Positions 1 to 8,652 are shown, counted from the first letter of the stretch. The stretch: DNA of 24,000 nucleotides from Bdellovibrio sp. UBA4095 (GCA_002381805.1 DFXZ01000004.1:992039-1016038), one strand, 5' to 3'. The notes: generated by a model not told the origin, from the letters alone. Numbers and translations are program-made.

Positions 1-185
1 GTGTGATCAATCCTCAAGATGGCAAAAATACAAGTCGTTACTCAATGCCTTTCTTTATGCATCCTCATCCGGATGCGATGCTCAGCTGTTTGCCTTCGTG
101 TCGGGGTTCCGGTGTGAAATATCCGGATATCACCGGACATGACTTTTTGATGCAACGATTGCGTGAAATTGGCTTGCTAAAATAG
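1..185 (+). CDS. 3' end of a 2-oxoglutarate/Fe(II)-dependent oxygenase family gene (partial, open at the left edge)
   Basis: The frame is open to position 1. The C-terminal sequence NTSRYSMPFFMHPHPD...KYPDITGHDFLMQRL resembles the RxS 2OG-binding strand and C-terminal tail of IPNS/flavonol-synthase-like 2OG oxygenases. Confidence 0.6.
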   Translation, partial: VINPQDGKNTSRYSMPFFMHPHPDAMLSCLPSCRGSGVKYPDITGHDFLMQRLREIGLLK

Positions 186-231
186 TTCGACTGTTGATTG
201 CCTGAGGCCAAAAATTAGCGCATAAGAGGTT

Positions 232-981
232 ATGCAGAAAAAATATTTGGCCTTTGGACTTTTGATACTCGCTCTTGTTGTGCTTTATTTTTATTTTCCA
301 TTGTCTCAAAGGCAAGAATTGCCACCTGCCGTGGCTCAACCAGCAAATGAATCAGAAGAAAGTCCCGAGGATATCCCGAGGCCGCCTGAAAGCAATTCGG
401 CTGAGGTGTCATCCGGATCTTCAGGTTTTCTTCCCACCCAAATGGAAAACTCTGTCCGTTTCGAGAGCTACCAGCAACAGATGAAAGCTTTGTCGGCCTG
501 TCTCAACATAAAAACGAGTCCATTTGATGCAAATGCAGAGATTGGTCTAGAAACGCTGCATGAAGCGATTTCAGGAGATTTGGGAGCCATCGTTTCAAGA
601 AACAAGGATTGGACTGTTACAGATATTAAAACGCCCTCTAATGAAATGCGCAGAATCTTTTTTAAGAATACGCCTGACTTGGATCCCCAAGTTTTAAGTT
701 CGGTCAAATACTACGCGTTTTCTGCGGATGGCAGCAGAAAAGAACTTCCTTTATCGAAAGAACAATCCGAGAACCCTTCCGAGACGCTCCTGGCCAGTCT
801 CGAGGCGGATGGACAAGTGATTGCTAGATCGAACGCTTGGAGAGTTTTCTATCAGAACGGTTATGATCTTATCGCCACTGAAAAAAACGGAAGAATCTAC
901 TCTTTCGAGTTGAACCGAGATGATAAGGCGTTTCGTTGTCAGGAAAATGCGCAGGGTTCGCTGCAGTGCCGATGTATCTAG
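232..981 (+). CDS. Hypothetical N-terminally anchored or secreted protein
   Basis: 249-aa ORF with an AAGAGG RBS 7 nt upstream. It has a hydrophobic N-terminus (LAFGLLILALVVLYFYF) and then an acidic/Pro-rich linker. I recognise no family. Confidence 0.6.
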   Translation: MQKKYLAFGLLILALVVLYFYFPLSQRQELPPAVAQPANESEESPEDIPRPPESNSAEVSSGSSGFLPTQMENSVRFESYQQQMKALSACLNIKTSPFDANAEIGLETLHEAISGDLGAIVSRNKDWTVTDIKTPSNEMRRIFFKNTPDLDPQVLSSVKYYAFSADGSRKELPLSKEQSENPSETLLASLEADGQVIARSNAWRVFYQNGYDLIATEKNGRIYSFELNRDDKAFRCQENAQGSLQCRCI

Positions 982-988
982 GAAATTA

Positions 989-1017
989 ATCCCGCCCTCG
1001 TTAGACAAGAGCGGGAT
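989..1017. terminator. Hairpin between convergent genes (candidate terminator, best for valS)
   Basis: ATCCCGC (989-995) pairs with GCGGGAT (1011-1017), and the stem can extend by TC/GA with one bulge. On the minus strand it is followed by TAATTTCC, a weak U-tract. Confidence 0.4.
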
Positions 1018-1024
1018 AGATGAA

Positions 1025-3706
1025 CTATTGGAATCGAGTCAATGCATCCTGAAGGGATGCAATTTGAATCTTCGACTGAGCAAGAAGAGCTTTGTCAGCA
1101 GCGACCACGTCTTCATCGGCATTCGCTATGAATTTTTCATTCGAAAGCTTTCCAGTCAGAGTCGAAATATCTTTGTGAAGTTTTTCGATCAGCTTGTTGA
1201 TGCGCTTGATTTCTTCTTCAAAGTCGACCAGTCCTTCGAGTGGAATAATCACTTTTACATTCGCATCTTTAACGGCAACAGGAGCAACAGCACACTTCAT
1301 CAAATCGCCATCGGCACCAATCTCAACTTCCTCAAGACGACCCATTGTCATAATCGCCGTGCGATTATTTCCAAGAATTTTTTGAACTTGATCATTGGTA
1401 ATTCCTAGTCGAGCTTTAATTTTAAGGGCAGGACTGATTCTGTTTTCACCGCGAATATTACGAATAGCCGTGATCACTTCTTTCACAATATCAATTTCAA
1501 AGGCCGCCTGAGATGATCCCAGATTTAGGAACTCTTTGTCGTTCCGAACGTTCGGGAATTGATCAATAATGCAGGCCTTGTCTTTAATTGGAAGCTTTTG
1601 ATAGATCTCTTCCGAAATAAACGGCGCAAATGGATGTAGAAGGCGCATAATGCGATTCAGAACCTGAGCAATCACCAGTTGGGTAGCTTGTTTCTCTGCC
1701 GCGTTATTGCCATTCAGTATCGGCTTCGTGAATTCAATGTACCAATCACAGAACTGATTCCAGATAAAGTGATAGAGCGCATTGGCAGCATCGGAAAACT
1801 TTTCTGCTTCCATGGCTTCTTCAACTTGCTTTGTGACCTCTGCTAACTTCGTAATGATCCACTTGTCGAAAACACTGATGTCGGCCTGATTAGGAAGGGC
1901 TTTGACACCATCGGCGGGAGCTTTGAAATCTGACAAGTTAGACAAAGCGAAGCGAGCGGCATTCCAGATTTTATTCATGAAATTGCGATAACCTTCAAGG
2001 CGTTGTTCACTGAATTTTAAGTCTTTGCCAGAGTAAAGGTGCGCAGCAAAGGTAAAGCGCAAAGCATCGGCTCCGTACTTTTCGATCATTTCGACTGGGT
2101 CGATCGAGTTACCCAGAGATTTGGACATTTTGCGACCTTGAGAGTCTCTGACCAACCCATGGATATAAACTGTGCGGAACGGGACGTCTCTCTTGAACTC
2201 GAGTCCCATCATGATCATTCGTGCAACCCAGAAGAAGATAATGTCGTGGCCGGTGACCAGGTAACTTGTTGGATAGAAGGTTTTAAGGGTTTCCGTTTCT
2301 GTCGGCCAGCCCATGGTGGAGAACGGCCAGAGTGCCGAACTGAACCACGTATCCAAAACATCGTCGTCTTGTTTTATAGTAGTGCTATTACATTTTTCGC
2401 AAGAGGTGACATCAGTTTCGCTTACAGTGTGGTGGCCGCATCCTTCACAGTACCAAACAGGAATACGGTGTCCCCACCAAAGTTGGCGGGAAATACACCA
2501 GTCTTCGATATTGTTCAGCCAGTGCAAATATACCTTTGTCCATGATTCTGGTTCGAAGCGAATGGTGCCACTTTCAACAACTCGCTTAGCAGGAACTGCG
2601 AGCTGCTCCATTTTTACGAACCATTGTTCTGAAAGGTAGGGTTCTACGACTGCTCCAGAGCGCGAACAGTGACCCACAGAGTGAATATGCGGTTCCTCTT
2701 TGACTAAAAGATTCTGAGCTTTCAAGTCGTCGATAATGCGTTTGCGGGCCTCTTGAACTTTTAAACCCTTGTAAGGGCCGGCGTTGTCGTTAAGTTCAGC
2801 TTTCTTCGTGAGGATATTAATAAACTCAAGATTATGCGTTTTGCCGATCTTATAGTCATTGAAGTCATGCGCAGGAGTGATCTTAACTACTCCAGATCCG
2901 AATTCCTTGTCGACATACGTATCCGCAATGATCTTAATTTTTTTATTGATCAATGGAATGACAACATTTTTGCCAATCAGTTTTTTGTAGCGCTCGTCCT
3001 CGGGATGCACACAAACCGCAGTATCCCCAAGCATTGTTTCGGGGCGGGTCGTAGCGATCGTAAGATAGCCAGATCCATCTTCTAGCGGATAATTGATATG
3101 ATATAGGGCCCCTTTAACTTGCTTGTGCTCGACTTCCAAATCGGAAATTGCAGTCTCAAGGGGGCCAGACCAGTTCACGAGTCGTTTCCCGCGATAGATC
3201 AAACCCTTCTTGTGTAGAGTTACAAAAACTTTACGAACCGCTCTAGAGACGCCTTCATCAAGGGTGAAAACGCCGCGATCCCAGTCGCAGGAATCGCCCA
3301 GTCTGCGCATTTGGCTATAGATGCGGTCGCCATATTGGTGTTTCCAATCCCAGACTTTTTCGACGAACTTTTCGCGGCCTAATTGATGACGGGTGACGCC
3401 GCCATCTTTTTTAAGTTCTCGTTCAACGACGGACTGAGTCGCAATGCCGGCATGATCCGTACCAGGAAGCCACATTGTATTGAAGCCATTCATTCTTTTC
3501 CAGCGGATGAGCATGTCTTGGATCGTGTGATCCAAAGCGTGGCCCATGTGAAGGAATCCAGTAACGTTCGGTGGCGGTAAGATGATCGAAAAGGGTGGCT
3601 TTGTGGATTGATCTTGTGCTTTGAAAAAGCCTGAATTTTCCCACCACTGATAAGTGCGGCCTTCGACCTCAGTCGGATTGTAGCGATCTGACAATTGCTC
3701 TGACAT
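1025..3706 (-). CDS. valS: Valyl-tRNA synthetase
   Basis: 893 aa. Class I aaRS HIGH-type motif (PNVTGFLHMGHA), KMSKS motif (RKMSKSLGN), an editing-domain-length insertion, and the C-terminal coiled coil typical of ValRS. Confidence 0.97.
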   Translation of the reverse strand: MSEQLSDRYNPTEVEGRTYQWWENSGFFKAQDQSTKPPFSIILPPPNVTGFLHMGHALDHTIQDMLIRWKRMNGFNTMWLPGTDHAGIATQSVVERELKKDGGVTRHQLGREKFVEKVWDWKHQYGDRIYSQMRRLGDSCDWDRGVFTLDEGVSRAVRKVFVTLHKKGLIYRGKRLVNWSGPLETAISDLEVEHKQVKGALYHINYPLEDGSGYLTIATTRPETMLGDTAVCVHPEDERYKKLIGKNVVIPLINKKIKIIADTYVDKEFGSGVVKITPAHDFNDYKIGKTHNLEFINILTKKAELNDNAGPYKGLKVQEARKRIIDDLKAQNLLVKEEPHIHSVGHCSRSGAVVEPYLSEQWFVKMEQLAVPAKRVVESGTIRFEPESWTKVYLHWLNNIEDWCISRQLWWGHRIPVWYCEGCGHHTVSETDVTSCEKCNSTTIKQDDDVLDTWFSSALWPFSTMGWPTETETLKTFYPTSYLVTGHDIIFFWVARMIMMGLEFKRDVPFRTVYIHGLVRDSQGRKMSKSLGNSIDPVEMIEKYGADALRFTFAAHLYSGKDLKFSEQRLEGYRNFMNKIWNAARFALSNLSDFKAPADGVKALPNQADISVFDKWIITKLAEVTKQVEEAMEAEKFSDAANALYHFIWNQFCDWYIEFTKPILNGNNAAEKQATQLVIAQVLNRIMRLLHPFAPFISEEIYQKLPIKDKACIIDQFPNVRNDKEFLNLGSSQAAFEIDIVKEVITAIRNIRGENRISPALKIKARLGITNDQVQKILGNNRTAIMTMGRLEEVEIGADGDLMKCAVAPVAVKDANVKVIIPLEGLVDFEEEIKRINKLIEKLHKDISTLTGKLSNEKFIANADEDVVAADKALLAQSKIQIASLQDALTRFQ

Positions 3707-3838
3707 TTCAAGTACCTCAAAAGGCTTAGCGGAGAAAAAATCCCCGAGATTTTCAACCGTTTGAGAGTATCAGATATGGTTCTATTACGAAAGTGAAAGG
3801 GCGCTGATGGGCCCGAGAAAAAACCTATGTGACGCCGC

Positions 3839-3866
3839 AAAAAAAGGGAGCCTCTAAGGGCTCCCT
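3839..3866 (-). terminator. Rho-independent terminator after the porin-like gene
   Basis: Minus-strand reading is AGGGAGCC-CTTAGA-GGCTCCCT followed by TTTTTTT (plus-strand A7 at 3839-3845). It lies 26 nt downstream of the stop codon at 3892. Confidence 0.8.
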
Positions 3867-3891
3867 TGTCAAAGGTCTATCTGTGTGAGGT

Positions 3892-4932
3892 CTATTTCAA
3901 GAAATCAGCAAGGAGTCTCGTTCCAACTACGATCTCTTGGCGAGTCACGCGGTTACCAGTCTCTGGCTTTAACTCAACATTAGTGAAGGCAACCTGATAA
4001 CGGAAATTTTTATCTGTATAAGGATAGTATTCAACAACCGCGCCGTAACCAAAGTACTTGTTCTTTTCGGCAGCTCCAGTTTCATGCTTTTCTTCAGAGG
4101 AAGTGATTTCAAGGCGTGGCATCCAATTTTCCCAGCCCAAATAGGCAATCTTTCCAACGACTGAGGTAACAGAATCAGTTTCGTTAGCACTGTCCAGCTT
4201 GAACGTGGAAACCAGATAGTCTGCGACAGCCATAAACTGGGAGCCTCTCCACATCAAGCCTGCGGCCATGAATTGGTGACGATCACCACTATTGTCACCT
4301 TTTTGCGTATGGTAGCTGAGTGTTGTTCCCAAACCTTTTTCAAAGAAGTTTCCTCTCCAAACAACGCCCACCATAGGTGCGTCTTGGTTCACTTGGGCGG
4401 CCGCTTCGTCGATATTCTCGTTGGTAGCCAATAGGTGGAACAGGTGATTATCAGTGCTGTATGTCGCCTTTATCCCTGTCATGTAAAGAAGGGCAGCGGT
4501 GCCGTAATTGTCACCTGGTAAATTGCCATTGGGTCCTGACTGCGTATAGAACTCAGAAGTTAAATAGAGATCTGGACTTCCATTCATGCCTTCGAAACCA
4601 CCGAACTCTGTGTTCAGACGCCCTAAGGTCAAAGTGAAATTGTCGGACAGTTTATGCGAAAGGTAAGCAAGCTCGAGTGCCTTCTGAGCGTTATCTGTTT
4701 TAAGAACTGTAGCGTCTTTAGCGAAAGCCCAACGAACTCTGAAGGAGATGTCCTCGAGTACTTTGCCATTGTAGTCCAAGCGACCTGTTTTCAAATAGAA
4801 TCGATTCGAGTCAGGCAAGACTGATTCTTTATAACTAGTAGAGCTGTAGTCAGCTCGCATGTCCAGATTGAGGCTTCCAGCAAACGATGTGCTTGCTAAT
4901 CCAAAAGCGAGCGCGAAGAGTGTTTTTTGCAT
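3892..4932 (-). CDS. Outer-membrane porin-like beta-barrel protein
   Basis: 346 aa. It has a signal peptide (MQKTLFALAFGLASTSFA|G), alternating amphipathic strands rich in Y/G/T, and an RFYLKTGRLDYNGK segment reminiscent of the porin and porin O/P families. Confidence 0.75.
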   Translation of the reverse strand: MQKTLFALAFGLASTSFAGSLNLDMRADYSSTSYKESVLPDSNRFYLKTGRLDYNGKVLEDISFRVRWAFAKDATVLKTDNAQKALELAYLSHKLSDNFTLTLGRLNTEFGGFEGMNGSPDLYLTSEFYTQSGPNGNLPGDNYGTAALLYMTGIKATYSTDNHLFHLLATNENIDEAAAQVNQDAPMVGVVWRGNFFEKGLGTTLSYHTQKGDNSGDRHQFMAAGLMWRGSQFMAVADYLVSTFKLDSANETDSVTSVVGKIAYLGWENWMPRLEITSSEEKHETGAAEKNKYFGYGAVVEYYPYTDKNFRYQVAFTNVELKPETGNRVTRQEIVVGTRLLADFLK

Positions 4933-4968
4933 TTGTACGTCCTTGTTGAATATTACTTTGTGAGGTTA

Positions 4969-4997
4969 AGGATAACCAAAAGGGCTAGGTCCATCAA
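4969..4997 (-). promoter_or_regulatory. Candidate sigma70-type promoter of the porin-like gene
   Basis: Minus strand reads TTGATG (plus 4992-4997), N17, TATCCT (plus 4969-4974), about 35 nt upstream of the ATG at 4932. This is a consensus match only. Confidence 0.35.
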
Positions 4998-5007
4998 AGA
5001 CTTTGAT
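4993..5007. promoter_or_regulatory. Perfect 15-bp palindrome ATCAAAG-N-CTTTGAT overlapping the candidate -35
   Basis: Read directly: atcaaagactttgat has 7-bp perfect arms around one central base. A function as an operator is inferred only. Confidence 0.4.
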
Positions 5008-5048
5008 ATTTTATACTGATCAGCATCAGATGTATTGTTGCAGAGTAT

Positions 5049-5396
5049 TTAACCTTGGCGTTCCTTTTCCATTCCAAGAATTCCACCTTTTACCACAAAC
5101 ACATTGGTGAAGCCTGCAGCCTCGAGTTTTTGTGCGACCACAGGCGCTTGGCTTTCATCTTTATCCAACACGACAAGTGCAAAATGGAAAGGAAGTTTTT
5201 TTTCTTCGACCAAGGGTACTGCAGTATCGAGTGTGCACGGAACAGTGATGTTCTCGAGGTGGCGTGCGGCCATGCCCTTGTACCAGGCACTGATGCTAGT
5301 ATCGAGATCCAAAAGATAAAAAGGAACTCTGCCTTGTACAAGATTATCGAACTGAAAAAAACCGATCTGATTAAGTTCCATGAGAGACCCTGCCAT
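5049..5396 (-). CDS. Rhodanese-homology domain protein lacking the catalytic Cys
   Basis: 115 aa with a rhodanese-like C-terminal half (VVLDKDESQAPVVAQKLEAAGFTNVFVVKGGILG). Asp occupies the active-site-loop position normally held by Cys. The start (5396 or 5381) overlaps the end of the upstream MFS gene. Confidence 0.65.
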   Translation of the reverse strand: MAGSLMELNQIGFFQFDNLVQGRVPFYLLDLDTSISAWYKGMAARHLENITVPCTLDTAVPLVEEKKLPFHFALVVLDKDESQAPVVAQKLEAAGFTNVFVVKGGILGMEKERQG

Positions 5397-6597
5397 GTTC
5401 GGGCATTGATTTGTAATTCTTAAGGATAATAATTAAAGCAACTGAGGCAAGTAATGCCGAAACCCAAAACGGTGCCGTAATTGCTATACTTCCATAAATG
5501 GCTCCGCCAATTGCGGGCCCGATGATTCGTCCTAGCGATGCCATGCTTTGGGTCACACCCATTGCTGCGCCCTGTTCGTTAGGATCTGTGAGCAGACTGA
5601 CGCTGCCAAGAATCGACGGATTCGATAGACCATTGCCTAAAGAAAGTAAAGTCATCGTAATTGCCATTATGGTCAGATTTTCTGCTACGCCAATGCCAGC
5701 AAGTCCGATAGCGAATAGAATCAGTCCCAAGCGGAGGACACGCTTTTCTCCCCACTTTGGTAAAAGCTTTCGGACCAGATAACCTTGGGTGAAAATTATT
5801 ATTACTCCGATATAAGCAAAACCAAAGCTGACCTGTTTAACGTCCCAGTTAAACTTTTCGCCCATAAACAGAATGAGAGTGGCTTCCATCGCGGACATTG
5901 CTAAAGAGCTAAGCAAGAAAACAACCAAAAGGGGACTGACAGTTTTCAGCCGAAGGTAATGCCAGATAACAGAGAGTCTTTTTTTCTTTTCAGCAGAGGC
6001 GTTCTTAGAGGTAAGAGATTCAGTAAGATATTTTAATCCGAAGAGAAAGTTGGCAAAACAGAGTCCGGCAACCCACAGTGCAGAAAAAGAGGTGTCAAAA
6101 TGAGGTGCCGCAGAAATATGGTGTCCCCAAACAGCAAGGCCTCCTCCCAAGGCAGGTCCGAAGACAAAGCCCAAGCCGAAAGCTGCGCCAATCAGAGCCA
6201 TACCCTTCGAACGCTCGTGTTTCGGAGTAATATCAGAGATGTAGGCCGAAGCAGTCGACAAACTGGCTCCAAAAAATCCTGCCAGCAAACGCGCAACAAA
6301 GAGCCACTCAAGGCTGCGAGCCCAGGCGAAAAGAAGATACGACAGGCCTTCTCCGACCAAACAAAAAAGAATTATTGGTCGACGCCCCATTCGATCACTG
6401 AGGCGACCCCAAAATGGTGAAAACAAAAACTGCATCAATGAATAAATCGAAAGGAGAAGTCCCGTTTCAAGTGCGGTGGCTCCGAAATTTCGACTTAAGA
6501 TAGGAATGATGGGAATCACTACACCAAAGCCTACCAGATAAAGAAAAACAGTGAAAAAGATGGTGGCTAACTGGGATTTGTTTGAAGTCTTACTCAT
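5371..6597 (-). CDS. MFS transporter (drug/H+ antiporter-like, 12 TM)
   Basis: 408 aa and highly hydrophobic. It carries MFS motif A (GRLSDRMGRRPIIL) between TM2 and TM3 and resembles TetA/TCR-type MFS proteins. Confidence 0.9.
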   Translation of the reverse strand: MSKTSNKSQLATIFFTVFLYLVGFGVVIPIIPILSRNFGATALETGLLLSIYSLMQFLFSPFWGRLSDRMGRRPIILFCLVGEGLSYLLFAWARSLEWLFVARLLAGFFGASLSTASAYISDITPKHERSKGMALIGAAFGLGFVFGPALGGGLAVWGHHISAAPHFDTSFSALWVAGLCFANFLFGLKYLTESLTSKNASAEKKKRLSVIWHYLRLKTVSPLLVVFLLSSLAMSAMEATLILFMGEKFNWDVKQVSFGFAYIGVIIIFTQGYLVRKLLPKWGEKRVLRLGLILFAIGLAGIGVAENLTIMAITMTLLSLGNGLSNPSILGSVSLLTDPNEQGAAMGVTQSMASLGRIIGPAIGGAIYGSIAITAPFWVSALLASVALIIILKNYKSMPEHGRVSHGT

Positions 6598-6620
6598 ACG
6601 ATTGTTAATATTAGGAAGTT

Positions 6621-7739
6621 ATGAAAATAGCAATTAATCTTAAGCCATGGAACCTGTTTGCTTTAGCATTTTGTCTGTCATCGTCGGTGGCGATGGCAAA
6701 GGATAACTACAGGGAGTTCAAGAGAGACCATTGGGACTTCGAACTAAGTACCGAGTACTTCTATTCCGAAGCAAACTACACCTCTTTTGGAGAGAGTTCC
6801 TCGTCTTTACCCAGCGGTAACCACTTTCAATTGATGGATTTCTCCTTTGCGACTCGTTATATGCCGAACAAAAAGTCTTCCTATTTTGCCATGATGAATG
6901 TGGGGGTTGCAGAAAGCAGAAATTCTTTTGCGACCCGCACTAACAGCACAATCAACAAGGTCATGGCTGGAGTCGACTTTTTGGTTTACTCTGATCAGTT
7001 TCAGTTGATCCCCGAGGTGTCTTTGCTTTTTCCGATCGATAAGGTGGACCCGGATTCCGATACCGTTGCCAACAATGAGGGAGTTCTGGAGCTACACACG
7101 CGCCTTCATGTGCAAAAAGATTTTGGTGGCAGTCGGGGTTACGGTTGGTTAGGTTTCGATTTCCGCAGCGAGGGGCGATCTTTTCTTTTACCTTGGGGAA
7201 TCGGGTTTCAAAAGAGGATGTCGAAGTATCGGGTGGGAGCTGAAGTTTTCGGGTTTCAGAGTGTGACCGATGATACGGTCGAAAATGATACCTTGCGCAG
7301 ATCTTACATTAATGCGGTCAACGCGGGATCTTTTAAATTCTATTCTGCGAATCCAGCACTGGTAGATGCTATGCTGTACGCAACCTGGTTGGCCTCGCAA
7401 CAATGGAACTTTCAGGTTACAGCGGGAAACACCATCATGGGCGACAATATGGCGGCCGGATTTCATGTGGGTGCGAGTGTGCTCTATAGTTTTGATTTAA
7501 CTGACGGCTATTCGAGCGAAACCTATCGCCCCATAAGCTCACCGGCGCCGCGATCCCGTTCTAATATGTATCGAGAATCCGAATTGAGCTCCGAGCGAAA
7601 AGTGCGTCAGTTTGAAGAAGATATCAATGATGGCGTTGATCAAAAGCAGTTTCGAGCTCGCCCGACTCAGAATAAAAGAAAGTCCCGAGAAGCTCCAGAT
7701 GAAGATTTCGACGTGGATCTTCAGCCAAACCGAAGATAG
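6621..7739 (+). CDS. Outer-membrane beta-barrel protein with a charged, disordered C-terminal tail
   Basis: 372 aa with an AGGAAG RBS, a signal peptide (...SSSVAMA|KD), and amphipathic beta-strand periodicity. A terminal-strand-like GFHVGASVLYSF at aa 280-291 is followed by an 81-aa K/R/E/D/S-rich tail (nt 7494-7736). Confidence 0.7.
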   Translation: MKIAINLKPWNLFALAFCLSSSVAMAKDNYREFKRDHWDFELSTEYFYSEANYTSFGESSSSLPSGNHFQLMDFSFATRYMPNKKSSYFAMMNVGVAESRNSFATRTNSTINKVMAGVDFLVYSDQFQLIPEVSLLFPIDKVDPDSDTVANNEGVLELHTRLHVQKDFGGSRGYGWLGFDFRSEGRSFLLPWGIGFQKRMSKYRVGAEVFGFQSVTDDTVENDTLRRSYINAVNAGSFKFYSANPALVDAMLYATWLASQQWNFQVTAGNTIMGDNMAAGFHVGASVLYSFDLTDGYSSETYRPISSPAPRSRSNMYRESELSSERKVRQFEEDINDGVDQKQFRARPTQNKRKSREAPDEDFDVDLQPNRR

Positions 7740-8021
7740 TTAGATTTTTATTCGATTGCGAAGTTCTTCTTCGTCAATTCCAGAAATCTCCACAACCTTG
7801 TGTCGTCCGGCGTCTCCGCGGATCAAGGTGAAGTTCTTTTTAGGCATTTTTAGAACGCCGGCAAGAAATTTGATCAAGGCCTCGTTGGCTTTACCATCAA
7901 CGGGTGGCGCAGTAAGCTTTATTTTAAGCTCGTCGTTATAAGGCCCGACAATTTCGTCTTTGGAAGAGTTTGGTTGAATAAAAAGGTGGAGTCGAACCCC
8001 ACCTTTTGTCACTTCTATCAT
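7740..8021 (-). CDS. yggU: DUF167/UPF0235 family protein (YggU-like)
   Basis: 93 aa. The signature LKIKLTAPPVDGKANEALIKFLAGVL is typical of YggU/DUF167. Confidence 0.9.
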   Translation of the reverse strand: MIEVTKGGVRLHLFIQPNSSKDEIVGPYNDELKIKLTAPPVDGKANEALIKFLAGVLKMPKKNFTLIRGDAGRHKVVEISGIDEEELRNRIKI

Positions 8022-8033
8022 GATTACTAAAAA

Positions 8034-8591
8034 TTACTCTGCGGATAGCGGAGAAACATTTGTCGAGCGAGACCCCGAGTTCGAATTTCCATTTCCGCCA
8101 TTTTCGTTCGCAAGGTTGTGGTTAGGCAGATGCATTTGCGGCATATACTTTTCACCTTGTTCAAGAAGGGCCAAATGAGCCTGCGCGAGGGCCTTTAAGT
8201 TGGCTTCGAACTGCATGCGCATTCTCTTTAAATCTGTAACTTCTTGGTACATTTTTTTCAAGGAGTCACGAGAATCTCGAGTGATGATCTCTGCCTTTTG
8301 TTGAGCATCGGCAGTAATAAGCTTCGCTTCTCGCTCGGCGTCCTGACGTAATCTTTCAGACATCTTAGTGGCTGTTGTTATCGTGTCTTTTAGGACCTGA
8401 TCGCGCTCCTTGTATTCCATCAACGAAAGATCTTTTTCGCGCAGAGATTCTTTTAGCGCATTTCTTTCCTGGATAAGAGCTTCCATTTGGGCCGCGATTT
8501 GCTGAAGGAAATCCATAACCTCTTCAGCATCCAAGCCCATCATTTTCTTCGTGAAAGATTTGTGAGCGATATCGATAGGAGTGATTCTCAT
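8034..8591 (-). CDS. divIVA: DivIVA-family cell-division/polarity protein
   Basis: 185 aa. It has the N-terminal lipid-binding motif MRITPIDIAHKSFTKKMMGLDAEEVMDFL, then a coiled coil and an N/G/S-rich tail. A strong AAGGAGGA RBS lies upstream. Confidence 0.9.
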   Translation of the reverse strand: MRITPIDIAHKSFTKKMMGLDAEEVMDFLQQIAAQMEALIQERNALKESLREKDLSLMEYKERDQVLKDTITTATKMSERLRQDAEREAKLITADAQQKAEIITRDSRDSLKKMYQEVTDLKRMRMQFEANLKALAQAHLALLEQGEKYMPQMHLPNHNLANENGGNGNSNSGSRSTNVSPLSAE

Positions 8592-8620
8592 TTTGTTCCT
8601 CCTTGAACAAGTATGACTTT

Positions 8621-8650
8621 AGGATAAAGGTCAGCTCTGTGACTAGGCAA
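8621..8650 (-). promoter_or_regulatory. Possible internal promoter in front of divIVA
   Basis: Minus strand reads TTGCCT (plus 8645-8650), N18, TATCCT (plus 8621-8626), in the 61-bp proC-divIVA gap. This is a consensus resemblance only. Confidence 0.25.
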
Positions 8651-8652
8651 GA

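Noticed and set aside
920-3580. Several plus-strand ORFs of 60-168 aa (920-1408, 1194-1385, 2039-2545, 2313-2639, 2834-3085, 3383-3580) inside the valS region
   Set aside because: All are antisense to a full-length, motif-perfect valS. Their translations are low-complexity or Arg/Ser/Cys-rich with no recognisable motifs or RBS. They are typical shadow ORFs.
3707-3838. Possible T-box, riboswitch or attenuator leader upstream of valS
   Set aside because: I could not find a specifier-loop/T-box consensus or a terminator/antiterminator pair. The region is only ~130 nt, and T-box control is not expected in this kind of diderm lineage.
3423-3840. Minus-strand ORFs 3423-3647 and 3490-3840 overlapping the 5' end of valS and its upstream region
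   Set aside because: They are out of frame with valS on the same strand. They have no RBS, and their composition (R/S/H-rich) looks like off-frame translation.
4993-5007. Reading the porin-promoter palindrome as an FNR/CRP-family box
   Set aside because: The FNR consensus is TTGAT-N4-ATCAA. Here the half-sites are in the opposite order (ATCAAAG-N-CTTTGAT) with 1-nt spacing, so it is not an FNR/CRP site. I keep it only as an unassigned palindrome.
5055-5423. Plus-strand 122-aa ORF opposite the rhodanese-like gene
   Set aside because: The rhodanese-like reading on the minus strand has a family-typical pattern and operon context. The plus-strand product has none.
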